Source: Kiloniellales bacterium (GTDB taxonomy: Bacteria > Pseudomonadota > Alphaproteobacteria > Kiloniellales > J153). From it: 64,000 nt of DNA. Position 1 is the first letter of the stretch; every line of letters starts with the position of its first letter. The notes below the pieces were generated by a model. The model did not search any database. It was not told the origin of the DNA and saw only the letters and a program-made list of their open reading frames with translations. Made by a program: the position numbers and the translations under genes. Below, piece after piece: positions 39,428-52,726 of the stretch. The stretch is from positions 8,439 through 72,438 of the forward strand of contig DASWJP010000004.1 of the NCBI GenBank assembly GCA_036397065.1, given 5' to 3'.

Positions 39428-40978
39428 ATGGAAACCACAACACTCTTCAGAACCGAATTGCTGCAAGTCGCCGATGCGGTCGCGCGCGAGAAAAGCATCG
39501 AGCGCGACGAGGTGCTGGAAGCCATGGAGCAAGCCATCTCCAAGGCCGGCCGCGCCAAGTACGGCCACGAACACGACATCCGCGCCGAGATCGATCGCCG
39601 CACCGGCGAAGTACGCCTGCGCCGCTTCCTGGAAGTCAGCGAGGCCCCGGACAACGAATTTACCCAACTGTCCTTGGCGGAAGCGCAAAAGCGCCAGCCG
39701 GGAATCGAAATGGGCGCCCACATCATCGAGGATCTGCCGCCCATCGACATGGGCCGCATCGCCGCTCAGACCGCCAAGCAGGTGATCGTGCAGAAGGTGC
39801 GCGAGGCCGAGCGTCAGCGGCAGTTCCGCGAATACAAGGATCGCATCGGCGAGGTCGTCAACGGCATCGTCAAGCGCAACGAGTTCGGCAACGTCACCAT
39901 CGATCTGGGCCGCGCCGAAGCCATGATGCGCCGCGACGAAGCCTTGCCGCGCGAGACCTTCCGCACCGGCGACCGGGTACGCGCCTACATTTACGACGTG
40001 CGCGAAGAGCCGCGCGGCCCGCAGATCTTTGCCTCGCGCAGCCACCCGCAATTCATGGCCAAGCTGTTTGCCCAGGAAGTGCCGGAAATCTACGACAACA
40101 TCATCGAGATCAAGGCGGTCGCCCGCGATCCGGGCAGCCGGGCCAAGATCGCCGTGATTTCCCGCGATTCCTCCATCGATCCGGTCGGCGCCTGCGTCGG
40201 CATGCGCGGCAGCCGCGTCCAGGCGGTGGTCAGCGAGCTGCAGGGCGAAAAGATCGACATCATTCCGTGGTCGGCCGATACCGCGACCTTCGTGGTCAAC
40301 GCCCTGGCGCCCGCCGAGGTGACCAAGGTGGTGCTCGACGAGGAGGCCGGCCGCATCGAGGTGGTGGTGCCCGACGATCAGCTGTCTCTGGCCATCGGCC
40401 GGCGCGGCCAGAACGTGCGCCTGGCCTCGATCCTGACCGGCTGGGATATCGACATCATGACCGAGGACGAGGAGTCCCGGCGCCGCCAGGAGGAGATGAA
40501 GGCGCGCTCGCAGCTCTTCATCGAGGCCCTGGATGTGGATGACGTGATTGCCCATCTACTGGTGGCGGAAGGCTTCATGACCTTGGAGCAAGTGGCCTTC
40601 GTGCCGGTGGAAGAGTTGGCCGAGATCGAGGGCTTCGATGACGACGTGGCGACCGAGCTGCGGGCGCGGGCGCGCACCTATCTGGAAGAGTTGAACCGCA
40701 AGAACGAAGAGAAGCGGCGCGAGCTTGGCGTTGCCGACGATCTGGCGGGTCTGGCCGGCCTGAGCCCGGTGGTGCTGGTCAAGCTGGGCGAGAACGGGGT
40801 GAAAACCCTGGACGATCTCGCCGATCTGGCCAGCGACGAGTTGATCGACATGCTCGGCGATCTGGCGCCCGGCGCGGCGGAGGCGGATGCCATCATCATG
40901 GCGGCGCGCGCCCACTGGTTCGAGGGCGAAGAGGCGCCGGCCGCCGCCGAGCCGAGCGAACCGGCACCGGACGCATAA
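39428..40978 (+). CDS. nusA: transcription termination/antitermination factor NusA
   Basis: NusA N-domain ([28 protein letters not shown]), S1 domain, two KH domains ([34 protein letters not shown]) and C-terminal acidic repeats. Confidence 0.95.
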   Translation: METTTLFRTELLQVADAVAREKSIERDEVLEAMEQAISKAGRAKYGHEHDIRAEIDRRTGEVRLRRFLEVSEAPDNEFTQLSLAEAQKRQPGIEMGAHIIEDLPPIDMGRIAAQTAKQVIVQKVREAERQRQFREYKDRIGEVVNGIVKRNEFGNVTIDLGRAEAMMRRDEALPRETFRTGDRVRAYIYDVREEPRGPQIFASRSHPQFMAKLFAQEVPEIYDNIIEIKAVARDPGSRAKIAVISRDSSIDPVGACVGMRGSRVQAVVSELQGEKIDIIPWSADTATFVVNALAPAEVTKVVLDEEAGRIEVVVPDDQLSLAIGRRGQNVRLASILTGWDIDIMTEDEESRRRQEEMKARSQLFIEALDVDDVIAHLLVAEGFMTLEQVAFVPVEELAEIEGFDDDVATELRARARTYLEELNRKNEEKRRELGVADDLAGLAGLSPVVLVKLGENGVKTLDDLADLASDELIDMLGDLAPGAAEADAIIMAARAHWFEGEEAPAAAEPSEPAPDA

Positions 40979-40987
40979 GGTCAGGCC

Positions 40988-41632
40988 ATGACGGTCGCGC
41001 TCATGTCCACCGGCACGCCGATGGCTCGAGAAGAAGGGCCGGAGCGGCGTTGTCTGGCCAGCGGCGCGGTGCGGCCCAAGTGCGAGCTGATTCGCTTCGT
41101 CGTCGGACCGGACGGCAGCGTAGTGCCGGATGTGGACGGGCGCCTGCCCGGCCGCGGTTTGTGGCTGACGGCGCAACGCGATATGATAGACCGCGCCTGC
41201 GCCCGCAATCTGTTCGCCAAGGCGGCGCGGGCGCCGGCACGGGCCCCCGCCGATCTGGCGGATCAGGTGGAGCGGCTGCTGCGCCGCCGCTGTCTGGACT
41301 TGCTGGGATTGGCGCGGCGCGGTGGCGCGGTGGCCGGTGGTTTCGATGCGGCATCGGCCTGGTTGGGCAACGGTGCCGCGGCCCTTCTCCTGCAGGCCGA
41401 GGATGCGGCGGAAGGCGGGCGCGGCAAGTTGCGCGCCCTGGCGCGGGCGCACGGTGTGCCGGTCGTCGAGATCTTCGCCGCCGCGGACTTGGGCCGTGCG
41501 CTGGGGCGCGAGGCGTTGGTTCATGTGGCCGTGGCCGCGGGCGGCATCGCCACGCGTCTGCGCGAGGCGTTGGCACGGCTTGACGGACTCCGCGGCGGAT
41601 CGCCGCCGGTGACACCCGGAAGTGCGGATTGA
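40988..41632 (+). CDS. ylxR: YlxR/DUF448 RNA-binding protein fused to an L7Ae-like domain
   Basis: ERRCLASGAVRPKCELIRFVVGPDGSVVPDVDGRLPGRGLWL (DUF448), in the conserved position between nusA and infB. Confidence 0.8.
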   Translation: MTVALMSTGTPMAREEGPERRCLASGAVRPKCELIRFVVGPDGSVVPDVDGRLPGRGLWLTAQRDMIDRACARNLFAKAARAPARAPADLADQVERLLRRRCLDLLGLARRGGAVAGGFDAASAWLGNGAAALLLQAEDAAEGGRGKLRALARAHGVPVVEIFAAADLGRALGREALVHVAVAAGGIATRLREALARLDGLRGGSPPVTPGSAD

Positions 41633-41660
41633 GTTTACATAAGGTAGGCCTGGAACATAG

Positions 41661-44246
41661 ATGACCACGAGCAAGGAAAATGAGCCGCAAAAGAAGCCGC
41701 TGCGGCTGAACCGGCCGGGCACGCTCGAGCTGAAGAAGACCGTCGAGACCGGCCAGGTCCGGCAAAGCTTCAGCCATGGCCGGTCGAAGGCGGTCACCGT
41801 CGAGGTCAAGCGCTCACGCACCTTCGCGCCCGGCGCCGGCGGCGGCATGACCGAGGTCACCGAATCCCGTCAGGCGGCCGAGCGGGCCCTGGCGGAAACC
41901 CGCGCCACGCCGGAGGATATCGGCAAGGAGCTGCGTGGCCTGACCCCCAGCGAACGGGCCACCCGGGTGCAGGCGCTCGAACAATCGCGCCAGGACGAAG
42001 AAGATCGCCGGGCCGCCGATCTGGAGGCCGAAACGCAGTCCGCGGCCGAAGCCAAGCGCCGCGCCGAAGCGCCGCCCCCCGTCGAACCGGCTGACACAAC
42101 GGCCGAAGCGCAACCGTCCGGATCAGAGGCTGTACCGGCGCCGGCGCCCGGGGGCGTTCCCGTGGGCGCCATCGAGCTTCCGGTCGAGGCCCCGACTCGC
42201 GATGTCTCGGCGCGCATGAAGACGGAAGAGGCCGAGGAGCCGAGCAAACGCCGGCACGATGCGGATGCGGACGACGAGACCACGGGCCGGGTCAAGCGCA
42301 AGGCGGCGGCGGTGCTCAAGCCGACACCGCGGCGTGGCGGCGACGAACGGCGCCGGCACGGCAAACTGACCATCAGCCAGGCGCTGGAAGGCGGCGACGG
42401 GCGGCAGCGATCGCTCGCCTCGGTGCGCCGGCAGCGGGAAAAAATGCGCGCCGTGCCGACCAAGCATGCGCACCAGCCGCCGCTGCGGGTCATTCGAGAG
42501 GTCACCATTCCGGAGACGATCACCGTTCAGGAGTTGGCCAATCGCATGGCCACGCGCGGCGCCGAGGTGGTCAAGACCCTGATGAACATGGACGTCATGG
42601 CGACCATCAATCAGGTGATCGATGCCGACACGGCGGAGCTGGTGGTCGCCGAATTCGGCCACAAGGCCAAACGTGTGGCCGCCGCGGATGTGGAGGTGGG
42701 CATGCGCGGCGCGCCCGACGAAGAAGGCGCCATGGAGCCGCGGCCGCCGGTGGTCACCGTGATGGGCCATGTGGACCATGGCAAGACGTCGCTGCTCGAT
42801 GCCCTGCGCCAGACCGATGTGGCCGCCCAGGAAGCCGGCGGGATCACCCAGCACATCGGCGCCTATCAGGTCACCCTGGCCTCGGGCCAGAAGATCACCT
42901 TCATCGATACCCCCGGACACGCGGCCTTTACCGAGATGCGGGCCCGCGGCGCCAACATCACCGATATCGTGGTCCTGGTGGTCGCCGCCGACGACGGCAT
43001 CATGGAACAGACCAAGGAAGCCATCAATCACGCCAAGGCGGCGGGGGTGCCCATGGTCGTGGCCATCAACAAGATGGACCGCCCGGACGCCGATGCGAAC
43101 CGGGTGAAGAACGAGCTGCTCCAGCACGAGCTGGTGGTCGAGGACATGGGCGGCGATCTGCTGGCCATCGAGGTTTCGGCCAAGGAGCGCACCAATCTGG
43201 ATAAGCTGGAGGAAGCTATTTTGCTTCAAGCCGAGCTTCTGGAGCTGAATGCCAATCCGAACCGCAACGCCGAGGGCGCCATCATCGAGGCCAAGCTGGA
43301 GCGCGGCCGCGGTGCCGTGGCCACCGTGTTGGTGCAGCGCGGCACCCTGCGGGTCGGCGATATTTTCGTCGCCGGCAGCGAGTGGGGCCGGGTGCGGGCG
43401 CTGATCAACGACCGCGGCGAAATGATCCAGGAAGCCGGCCCCTCGATGCCGGTGGAGGTGCTTGGCCTCAATGGCTCGCCGCTGGCCGGCGACGAGCTCA
43501 CGGTGGTCGAAAGCGAGTCGCGGGCCCGCGACATCGCCGCCTTCCGGCAACGGGAACGGCGCGAGCTTGAGATCGCCACCACGGGCCGCGGCACGGTGGA
43601 GCAGATGCTCACCCGGATCAAGGAAGGCGAGGCGCGGCTGATGCCCGTGGTCATCAAGTCCGACGTGCACGGCTCGCTCGAGGCGATCGTCAACAGCCTG
43701 GAGAAAATGGGCACCGACGAGGTGAAAGCCCAGATTCTGCATGCCGGCGTCGGCGGCATCAACGAGTCCGATGTGACCTTGGCGCGGGCCGCCAATGCCA
43801 TGATCATCGGCTTCAATGTGCGCGCCAATCCACAAGCCCGCGAAATGGCCCGACGCGACAATATCAACATCCATTACTACTCGATCATCTACAATGTGGT
43901 CGATGACGTGAAGGCGGCGCTTTCGGGCATGTTGGCGCCGACGCGGCGGGAAAACTTCCTCGGCTACGCGGAAATCCGCGAGGTCTTCAGCACCAGCAAG
44001 ACCGGCAAGGTCGCCGGCTGCATGGTCACCGAGGGCATGGTCAAGCGCGGCGCCAAGGTGCGCCTGCTGCGCGACGATGTGGTCATCCACGACGGCACGC
44101 TGAAAACCCTGCGCCGGTTCAAGGACGAGGTGCGGGAGGTCAAGGAAGGCTATGAATGCGGCATGGCCTTCGAGAACTACAGCGACATCCAGACCGGCGA
44201 CCGCATCGAGTGCTATGAGGTTGAGGAGGTGGCGCGCGCCCTGTGA
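41661..44246 (+). CDS. infB: translation initiation factor IF-2
   Basis: G-domain motifs [14 protein letters not shown] and NKMD, with the IF-2 C-terminal domains. Confidence 0.96.
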   Translation: MTTSKENEPQKKPLRLNRPGTLELKKTVETGQVRQSFSHGRSKAVTVEVKRSRTFAPGAGGGMTEVTESRQAAERALAETRATPEDIGKELRGLTPSERATRVQALEQSRQDEEDRRAADLEAETQSAAEAKRRAEAPPPVEPADTTAEAQPSGSEAVPAPAPGGVPVGAIELPVEAPTRDVSARMKTEEAEEPSKRRHDADADDETTGRVKRKAAAVLKPTPRRGGDERRRHGKLTISQALEGGDGRQRSLASVRRQREKMRAVPTKHAHQPPLRVIREVTIPETITVQELANRMATRGAEVVKTLMNMDVMATINQVIDADTAELVVAEFGHKAKRVAAADVEVGMRGAPDEEGAMEPRPPVVTVMGHVDHGKTSLLDALRQTDVAAQEAGGITQHIGAYQVTLASGQKITFIDTPGHAAFTEMRARGANITDIVVLVVAADDGIMEQTKEAINHAKAAGVPMVVAINKMDRPDADANRVKNELLQHELVVEDMGGDLLAIEVSAKERTNLDKLEEAILLQAELLELNANPNRNAEGAIIEAKLERGRGAVATVLVQRGTLRVGDIFVAGSEWGRVRALINDRGEMIQEAGPSMPVEVLGLNGSPLAGDELTVVESESRARDIAAFRQRERRELEIATTGRGTVEQMLTRIKEGEARLMPVVIKSDVHGSLEAIVNSLEKMGTDEVKAQILHAGVGGINESDVTLARAANAMIIGFNVRANPQAREMARRDNINIHYYSIIYNVVDDVKAALSGMLAPTRRENFLGYAEIREVFSTSKTGKVAGCMVTEGMVKRGAKVRLLRDDVVIHDGTLKTLRRFKDEVREVKEGYECGMAFENYSDIQTGDRIECYEVEEVARAL

Positions 44247-44740
44247 TCGGGCGGCCCACTGAAAGGCACGTGAGCGGACCCTCCAAATCTACGCGGCGCC
44301 GGTCCGGCGGTCCGAACCAGCGGCGGCTGCGCCTCGGCGAAGAATTGCGCCATGCCCTGGCGCGCATCCTGGCCCGCGCCCGGCTCGACGATCCGGCCCT
44401 GGCCGATATCAGCCATACGGTGACCGAGGTGCGCCTCAGCCCGGATCTCAAGGCGGCGACCGTTTATGTCGTGCCCTTGGGAGGGGGCGGGGATGCTAAC
44501 AAGGCGCAAGGCGCCCTGGCCGCGCTCAACCGGTCGGCCGGGTTCTTTCGCGGCCAGCTGGCCCAGGAGGTGACCTTGCGCCATTGCCCGCGCCTGGCCT
44601 TCGCGGCGGACCGCTCGTTCGATCAGGCCAGCCGGGTGCAGGCGATCCTCGATCGGCCGCACGTGCGCCAGGATCTCAGGCCGGCTCCGGAGGCGGATGC
44701 GGAAGAAGACGATGCGCTGGACCAGGACGATGAGGCGTAA
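44243..44740 (+). CDS. rbfA: ribosome-binding factor A
   Basis: [18 protein letters not shown]...[17 protein letters not shown] is RbfA-like. The GTGA start overlaps the infB stop, and the C-terminal tail is acidic. Confidence 0.85.
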   Translation: MIGRPTERHVSGPSKSTRRRSGGPNQRRLRLGEELRHALARILARARLDDPALADISHTVTEVRLSPDLKAATVYVVPLGGGGDANKAQGALAALNRSAGFFRGQLAQEVTLRHCPRLAFAADRSFDQASRVQAILDRPHVRQDLRPAPEADAEEDDALDQDDEA

Positions 44741-44745
44741 GAACC

Positions 44746-45669
44746 ATGGCGCGTAAGCAAAAGGGCCAGATCGTCAACGGCTGGGTGGTCGTCGACAAGC
44801 CCCTGGGTCTCACCTCGACCCAGGTGATCGGCCGCCTGCGCCGGGTCTTCGATCCGCGCAAGATCGGCCACGGCGGCACCTTGGACCCGCTGGCCACCGG
44901 CCTGCTGCCGATCGCCATGGGCGAGGCGACCAAGACCGTCAGCTACATCATGGACGGGCGCAAACGCTATACCTTCACCGTGCGCTGGGGCGAGGCGACC
45001 GCCACCGACGATGCGGAAGGCCCGGTGGTCGAATGGTCGGACCGGCGGCCCACGACGGCCGAGATTACGGCGGTGCTGCCCGCCTTCGTCGGCCTCATAG
45101 ACCAGGTGCCGCCCCAGTTTTCGGCCATCAAGGTGGCCGGCCAGCGGGCCTACGACAAGGCGCGGGCCAGCGAGGTCTTCACCCTGGAATCCCGTCCGGT
45201 GCGGATTTTCGCGCTCTCTCTGACCGAGGCCGGCGCGGAGACCGCCAGTTTTCAGGTCGACTGCGGCAAGGGGGCCTACATGCGCTCCCTGGCCCGGGAT
45301 CTGGGCCGGGCCCTGGGCACCTGTGCCCACATTGTGGCCCTGCGGCGGACCGCCGTCGGACCGTTCACCGAGGACCATGCGATTTCTCTGGAGTCGCTGG
45401 AGGCCCTGGGGCATAGTGCCGCCGCTTCCGGGCCCTTGCTTCCGCTCGAGACCGCGCTGGACGACATCCCGGCCCTGGCCTTGACGGAAGCCGAGGCGAA
45501 TTGCCTTCGGCGCGGCCAAGCGGTGTCCATGATGGCCCGCATCAACCGCGCCAGGATCGAGGCATTCGACAACGGATCGATCGTCTATGCCACCCATGGC
45601 GGTAAGCCGGTGGCCTTGGCCCGTTACGACGCGGGCGATATTCGCCCGGTCCGTGTACTCAACCCTTAG
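44746..45669 (+). CDS. truB: tRNA pseudouridine(55) synthase TruB
   Basis: Catalytic Asp motif GHGGTLDPLATGLLPI, in the conserved rbfA-truB-rpsO order. Confidence 0.93.
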   Translation: MARKQKGQIVNGWVVVDKPLGLTSTQVIGRLRRVFDPRKIGHGGTLDPLATGLLPIAMGEATKTVSYIMDGRKRYTFTVRWGEATATDDAEGPVVEWSDRRPTTAEITAVLPAFVGLIDQVPPQFSAIKVAGQRAYDKARASEVFTLESRPVRIFALSLTEAGAETASFQVDCGKGAYMRSLARDLGRALGTCAHIVALRRTAVGPFTEDHAISLESLEALGHSAAASGPLLPLETALDDIPALALTEAEANCLRRGQAVSMMARINRARIEAFDNGSIVYATHGGKPVALARYDAGDIRPVRVLNP

Positions 45670-45690
45670 ACTCGAGGAACCAGGATACCG

Positions 45691-45960
45691 ATGTCGATAA
45701 CTGCTGAACGCAAAGGCGAGGTCGTTCGCGAATACGCGACCCACGACGGCGATACGGGATCGCCGGAGGTGCAGGTTGCGATTCTATCAGAGCGAATCAA
45801 GAACCTGACCGATCATCTGCAGGTTCACAAAAAGGATTTTCATTCTCGGCGCGGCCTGTTGATCATGGTCGGACAGCGTCGGCGGCTCCTGGATTACGTC
45901 AAGAAACAGGACCAGCCCCGCTACGAAGGCTTGATCGAACGGTTGGGGCTCCGCCGATAG
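45691..45960 (+). CDS. rpsO: 30S ribosomal protein S15
   Basis: 89 aa; [49 protein letters not shown]. Confidence 0.96.
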   Translation: MSITAERKGEVVREYATHDGDTGSPEVQVAILSERIKNLTDHLQVHKKDFHSRRGLLIMVGQRRRLLDYVKKQDQPRYEGLIERLGLRR

Positions 45961-46240
45961 GCTGGCTGTGCCGTGGCAGCGCAATGCCATCGCCGAGAAC
46001 CGGTTTGAGGCCGGTTGCAAGCGGTGCGCATGCTTATCGCGGCAGGTTGGCAGAGCGACAAGACGATCATCAAACTCCTCACCATACGACGACACCGCGG
46101 ACCGACCGGCGCGGTGTCGATGAACAAAGGCCGGGCCGACGCAAGGGGCGATGCCGGGCGCGTGATGTCACGCGCAGGAACGCCCTTTACGCGGGTCCGG
46201 TCATGGCAATCCGGTCGTTTGCTGGAAGGACTAACGGACT

Positions 46241-48355
<2,115 letters not shown>

Positions 48356-48401
48356 GCCGCCCCCGCCGGCCAATTTATGCCGGCGGTATCGCGACGAATC
48401 A

Positions 48402-48436
48402 AACGGGTGGCAGCGCGTGCGTTGCCGCCCGTTTTT
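48402..48436 (+). terminator. rho-independent terminator downstream of pnp
   Basis: ACGGGTGGCA (48402-11) pairs with TGCCGCCCGT (48422-31) in a 10-bp stem with one G-T wobble, followed by a T-run at 48431-48435. Confidence 0.7.
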
Positions 48437-48468
48437 CGAAACACGGCACGAAGGACGGCGGCGACAAG

Positions 48469-49203
48469 ATGCTTCTCCTGCCCCGTGTGATGGGCCATCG
48501 CGGCGCCGCGGCCCTGGCGCCGGAAAATACCCTGGGCGGTTTCCGCCGGGCCGCGGCCACGGGCGCCGGCTGGGTCGAATTCGACGTCATGCTCACCGGC
48601 GATGGCGTGCCGGTTCTCTTTCACGACGACAATCTGAAGCGCATCACCGGCCGCGACGCGCTGATGGCCGAAACGCCGTACAGCGTGGTGCGCACCCTCG
48701 ATGCCGGGACCTGGTTCGCGCCCGACTTCGCCGGCGAGCGGATTGCCACCCTGGAGGCGGCCATCGCGCTGCTGGCCGCGTTGCATCTCTCCGCCAACAT
48801 CGAAATCAAGCCGACCCCCGGGCGCGATCGGGAAACCGCCGCCGCCATCGCCGATGTGCTTACGCGATGCTGGCCGGCCAAAGCTCCGCCGCCGCTCGTC
48901 AGCAGTTTCAGCCGCGAGGCCCTGGCGGTGATGCACGAACGGGCGCCGGCCATACCGCGCGGCTGGCTCTGCATGCGCCTGCCGCGCAATTGGCTGGCGG
49001 TGGCCCGCGGCTTGGAGTGCGCTACCGTGCATGTGGCCGGCCGGTGGCTCACCGCCAAGCGGGCGGCACGCATCAAGGCCGCCGGCTATGGCCTGGCCGC
49101 GTTCACCATCAACGATCCGAAACGGGCGCGCACGCTACTCGGCTGGGGGGTAGACAGCATCATCACCGATTCACCCGACGTGATGATCGAAGCCCTCGGT
49201 TAA
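48469..49203 (+). CDS. ugpQ: glycerophosphodiester phosphodiesterase (UgpQ-like)
   Basis: GDPD motifs MGHRGAAALAPENT and EFDVMLTGDGVPVLFHDDNL. Its stop overlaps the convergent fabI stop (TTAA). Confidence 0.85.
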   Translation: MLLLPRVMGHRGAAALAPENTLGGFRRAAATGAGWVEFDVMLTGDGVPVLFHDDNLKRITGRDALMAETPYSVVRTLDAGTWFAPDFAGERIATLEAAIALLAALHLSANIEIKPTPGRDRETAAAIADVLTRCWPAKAPPPLVSSFSREALAVMHERAPAIPRGWLCMRLPRNWLAVARGLECATVHVAGRWLTAKRAARIKAAGYGLAAFTINDPKRARTLLGWGVDSIITDSPDVMIEALG

Positions 49204-50024
49204 TTGCCGTTCTGGTCCTGCGGCAGGTTCAGGCGCCGCGGCGAGGGAATCCCGATGGTGTTATAGCCGCCGTCCACGTGGTGGATCTCGCCGGTGACCC
49301 CCTGGGACAAGGGGGACAGCAGATACAAACCGGCGTTGCCGACCTCCTCGAGCAAAACGTTGCGGCGCAGCGGCGCATGATCCCGGCTCCAGCGATAGAC
49401 GAAGCGGGCATCGGCGATGGCCGAGCCCGCCAGGGTGCGCAGCGGCCCGGCGGAGATGGCATTGACCCGCACCCCCTGGCCGCCGAGATCGACCGCCAGA
49501 TAGCGCACGCTCGCCTCCAGTGCCGCCTTGGCCACGCCCATGACGTTGTAGTTCGGCGTGACCCGCTCGGCGCCCAGATAGGTCAGGGTCAGCAGACTGC
49601 CACCCTGGCGCATCAGGGGCGCGGCCCCGCGCGCGACGGCGGTGAAGGAGTAGCAGGAAATCAGCAGGGTCTTTGAGAAGTTGCGCCGGCTGGTATCCAG
49701 ATAGCGGCCTTTCAGTTCCTCCTTGTCGGAATAGGCGACCGCATGAACGACGAAGTCCAAGCTGCCCCACGCCTCGCCGATGAGCCCGAAGACAGAATCG
49801 ATTTGCGCCGGATCCGCGACGTCGCAGGCCAGCACCAGCTTCGAGCCGACGGAGTCGGCCAGCGGCCGCACCCGGCGTTCGAAGGCCTCGCCCTGATAAG
49901 TGAAGGCCAGCTCGGCGCCGTGCTGGCTGAGGCTGGTGGCCAGGCCCCAGGCGATGGAGCGGTCATTGGCGACGCCCATAATGAGGCCGCGCTTGCCGGC
50001 CATCAACGCGCTGTTCGCCGTCAC
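49200..50024 (-). CDS. fabI: enoyl-[acyl-carrier-protein] reductase (NADH) FabI
   Basis: GKRGLIMGVANDRSIAWG nucleotide-binding N-terminus and an SDR core. A GTG start at 50024 preceded by AGGGAGA is preferred. ATG 50003 or ATG 50069 are alternatives, and the track ORF extends to 50144 into fabB. Confidence 0.88.
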   Translation of the reverse strand: MTANSALMAGKRGLIMGVANDRSIAWGLATSLSQHGAELAFTYQGEAFERRVRPLADSVGSKLVLACDVADPAQIDSVFGLIGEAWGSLDFVVHAVAYSDKEELKGRYLDTSRRNFSKTLLISCYSFTAVARGAAPLMRQGGSLLTLTYLGAERVTPNYNVMGVAKAALEASVRYLAVDLGGQGVRVNAISAGPLRTLAGSAIADARFVYRWSRDHAPLRRNVLLEEVGNAGLYLLSPLSQGVTGEIHHVDGGYNTIGIPSPRRLNLPQDQNGN

Positions 50025-50071
50025 GCCGTTCTCCCTGTCGATCTCGTGTGCCGGCGATGGCGCCGGCATCT

Positions 50072-51292
50072 TTAGTCCTCGCAGCGTCTGAAGACGAGCG
50101 AGGCGTTGGTGCCGCCAAAGCCAAAGCTGTTGGACATGACGCAACTGAGCGGCGCGTTGTCTTCCCGTTCGCGAATGATCGGTGCGCCTTCCGCCTCCGG
50201 GTCCAGGGTGTCGATATTGGCCGAGGCGGCAAGGAATTTGTGTTCGAGCATGAGCAGCGAATAGATCGCTTCGTGCACGCCGGCCGCCCCTTGCGCGTGG
50301 CCGGTCAAGGATTTGGTGGAAGCGATCCGCGGCACTTCGGCGCCGAAGACTTCGCGCACCGCCGCCAGCTCGATGGTATCGCCGACCGGCGTGGAGGTGC
50401 CGTGGGCGTTGATGTAGTCGATCTTGGAATTGCCCAGGCCGGCCAAGGCCTGGCGCATGCAGCGCATGGCGCCTTCGCCGGACGGGGCGACCATGTCGGC
50501 GCCATCGGACGTGGCGCCATAGCCGATCACTTCCGCATAGATCTTGGCGCCGCGCGCCTTGGCATGCTCCAGGGCTTCGAGAACGATGGTGCCGCCGCCG
50601 CCGGAAATGACGAAGCCGTCGCGATCCTTGTCATAGGGGCGCGAGGCCCGTTCGGGTGTCTCGTTATAATGGCTGGAGAGCGCGCCCATGCTGTCGAAGA
50701 GGACCGACAGGCTCCAGTGCACCTCCTCGCCGCCGCCGGCGAAGACGATGTCCTGCCTACCCATCTGAATCTGCTCATAGCCGTTACCGATGCAATGGGC
50801 GCTGGTCGAGCAGGCGGACGAGATGGAATAGCTCAGACCCTTGATCTTGTAGGCGGTGGCCAGATTGGCCGAGGTGGTGCTCGACATGCAGCGCGGGACC
50901 ATATACGGGCCGACGCGCCGCGGTCCCTTTTCTCGCGCGGTATCGGCGGCCAGAACCTGATTCGATGGCGACGATCCGCCCGAGCCCATGATCAAACCGG
51001 TGCGCTCGTGGGAAATCTCCGCCTCGGTCAGGCCGGCATCCTCGATGGCCTCGCGCATGGCGACATAGTTGAAGGCGGCGGCATCGCCCATGAACCGGCG
51101 CAGGCGGCGGTCGATGGCCGCGTCAATATCCAGGCGGATATCGCCGTGCACCTGGCTGCGGAATCCCATCTCCGCATAGGTCTCGGCAAAGCGGATGCCG
51201 GAGCGCCCGGCCCGCAGGGAGTCGAGAACCTCCGGCTTGTTATTGCCGATGCTGGAGACGACCCCCATACCGGTGACCACGACACGGCGCAT
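50072..51292 (-). CDS. fabB: 3-oxoacyl-[ACP] synthase I (FabB)
   Basis: KAS active-site Cys block ([14 protein letters not shown]) and the His/His blocks ([24 protein letters not shown]). It sits in the fabA-fabB pair. Confidence 0.92.
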   Translation of the reverse strand: MRRVVVTGMGVVSSIGNNKPEVLDSLRAGRSGIRFAETYAEMGFRSQVHGDIRLDIDAAIDRRLRRFMGDAAAFNYVAMREAIEDAGLTEAEISHERTGLIMGSGGSSPSNQVLAADTAREKGPRRVGPYMVPRCMSSTTSANLATAYKIKGLSYSISSACSTSAHCIGNGYEQIQMGRQDIVFAGGGEEVHWSLSVLFDSMGALSSHYNETPERASRPYDKDRDGFVISGGGGTIVLEALEHAKARGAKIYAEVIGYGATSDGADMVAPSGEGAMRCMRQALAGLGNSKIDYINAHGTSTPVGDTIELAAVREVFGAEVPRIASTKSLTGHAQGAAGVHEAIYSLLMLEHKFLAASANIDTLDPEAEGAPIIREREDNAPLSCVMSNSFGFGGTNASLVFRRCED

Positions 51293-51318
51293 GATTCAAC
51301 CCTCGGATGGCGCCGCTC

Positions 51319-51879
51319 TTAAGCGGTCTCCGGCGCGGTGAAAAGGCCAACTTTCAAGCCGTTGGCCTGATAGACGGGTTCGCCGTCCACTTTCATCAGG
51401 CCGTCGGCGATGCCCAGGACCAGCTTGCGCTGGATGATCCGCTTGAGGTTGAGATGATAGGTCACCAGCTTTGCCGTGGGCAGAACCTGACCGGTCAGCT
51501 TCACCTCGCCCACGCCCAGGGCGCGGCCCCGGCCCGGCGCCCCCAGCCAGCCGAGAAAGAAGCCGGCCAATTGCCACAAGGCATCCAACCCGAGGCATCC
51601 CGGCATCACCGGATCGTCTTCGAAGTGACAGCGGAAGAACCACAGATCGGGCTTCACATCGTACTCGGCGACGATCTCGCCATTGTCGTGCGCGCCACCC
51701 TTATCGGTAATCCGGGTAATCCGGTCGAACATCAGCATCGGCGGCAACGGCAGCTGGGCGTTGCCCGGACCGAACAGTTTGCCATGGGCACACTGCAGCA
51801 GGTCCTCGTAGCTGAAGCTGTGTTTGCGCTCTGTCAACGACCTCACCTGGGCGCGAAGGGGATACGGCGATGCGGTCAC
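51319..51879 (-). CDS. fabA: 3-hydroxydecanoyl-[ACP] dehydratase/isomerase FabA
   Basis: [28 protein letters not shown] active-site region aligns with E. coli FabA. The start is uncertain: internal GTG and TTG codons near 51840 would give the more usual length. Confidence 0.9.
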   Translation of the reverse strand: MTASPYPLRAQVRSLTERKHSFSYEDLLQCAHGKLFGPGNAQLPLPPMLMFDRITRITDKGGAHDNGEIVAEYDVKPDLWFFRCHFEDDPVMPGCLGLDALWQLAGFFLGWLGAPGRGRALGVGEVKLTGQVLPTAKLVTYHLNLKRIIQRKLVLGIADGLMKVDGEPVYQANGLKVGLFTAPETA

Positions 51880-52135
51880 ACAAATACACGCCGGCGCGAT
51901 AACCTACGCTGCCGCATCGTTCCCGCGATGTAAACTATAGCACAGTCACCCGGACGGAAATCAACCGGATTGGCCCGGGGAATTGGCCTGGGTATCGGCG
52001 CTGGCCTAGTCCGAACCGATCGGCCTTCGGTGTGGCTCCGGCGGCCGTATGGTTAATTGAACTTATTCCAAATAAACTCACAATCGACTGTTTTTGCCCT
52101 TTAAATCCGTCTCAGGTTCGGCCATATATCGTGTC

Positions 52136-52558
52136 ATGACCCATCCGCGCCCCTATGGGGACACGATTGCCCGGCTGAAGACCGTCGGCTTGCGGCCGAC
52201 CCGGCAGCGCCTCGCTCTGGCCCGCCTGCTCTTTGCCGGCGGCGATCGGCATTTGACCGCTGAGCAGTTGCACGGCGAAGCGGCCGCGGCGCAAGTCCCG
52301 GTATCCCTGGCCACGGTCTACAACACCCTGCACCAGTTCACCGCGGCGGGCCTGCTGCGCGAGGTGATCGTGGAAGCCGGGCGCTCCTACTTCGATACCA
52401 ACGTCTCCGACCACCATCACTTCTTTCACGAAGACAACGGCCGCCTGGAAGACATTGCCGGCGACGAGGTGAGTCTGGGCGATTTGCCTCAGCCGCCCAA
52501 GGGCAAGCGCATCCGCCGCGTCGACGTCATCATTCGGGTGGCGGATAACGACAGATAG
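52136..52558 (+). CDS. irr: iron response regulator Irr (Fur superfamily)
   Basis: Fur-like wHTH (LRPTRQRLALARLLF...HLTAEQLH...VSLATVYNTLHQF) with the Irr-type HHH motif (SDHHHFFHED). It is divergent from fabA, as in rhizobia. The ATG at 52136 is preferred over the track TTG at 52094. Confidence 0.85.
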   Translation: MTHPRPYGDTIARLKTVGLRPTRQRLALARLLFAGGDRHLTAEQLHGEAAAAQVPVSLATVYNTLHQFTAAGLLREVIVEAGRSYFDTNVSDHHHFFHEDNGRLEDIAGDEVSLGDLPQPPKGKRIRRVDVIIRVADNDR

Positions 52559-52587
52559 TCGTTTTCCCGCTACCCTTTAATAAATTA

Positions 52588-52604
52588 TCTAGAAACATTC
52601 TAAT
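52588..52604 (+). promoter_or_regulatory. ICE / Irr-box-like operator
   Basis: TCTAGAA-ACA-TTCTAAT compared with the ICE consensus TTTAGAA-N3-TTCTAAA as recalled from Bradyrhizobium work: 12 of 14 positions match. The core TAGAA-N3-TTCTA is a perfect inverted repeat. The site directly abuts the -35 element below. Confidence 0.7.
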
Positions 52605-52607
52605 CTA

Positions 52608-52636
52608 TTGACAGGCGCCTCTCGGCGGCCTATCTA
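52608..52636 (+). promoter_or_regulatory. sigma70-type promoter of the rubrerythrin operon
   Basis: TTGACA (52608-13), 17-nt spacer, TATCTA (52631-36). Confidence 0.6.
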
Positions 52637-52726
52637 GCGGGTATGGCCGATGGCATTCGGTCCGCAAGATTGATGAACCATCACACCACGGCGGACGCCG
52701 CACCACAGCAGCAGAGGGAGTGCACC

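Noticed and set aside
38813-40555. 580-aa ORF on the - strand; similarly 42123..44090 (655 aa) and 46187..48373 (728 aa)
   Set aside because: They are antisense to rimP/nusA, infB and pnp respectively. All sense genes are certain, and the antisense translations lack motifs.
52053-52110. AT-rich block (TTAATTGAACTTATTCCAAATAAACTCACAAT) upstream of irr as a possible Fur box
   Set aside because: It has only a weak resemblance to the GATAATGATAATCATTATC consensus or to NATWAT hexamer arrays. It probably contains the irr promoter, but I cannot support a specific site.
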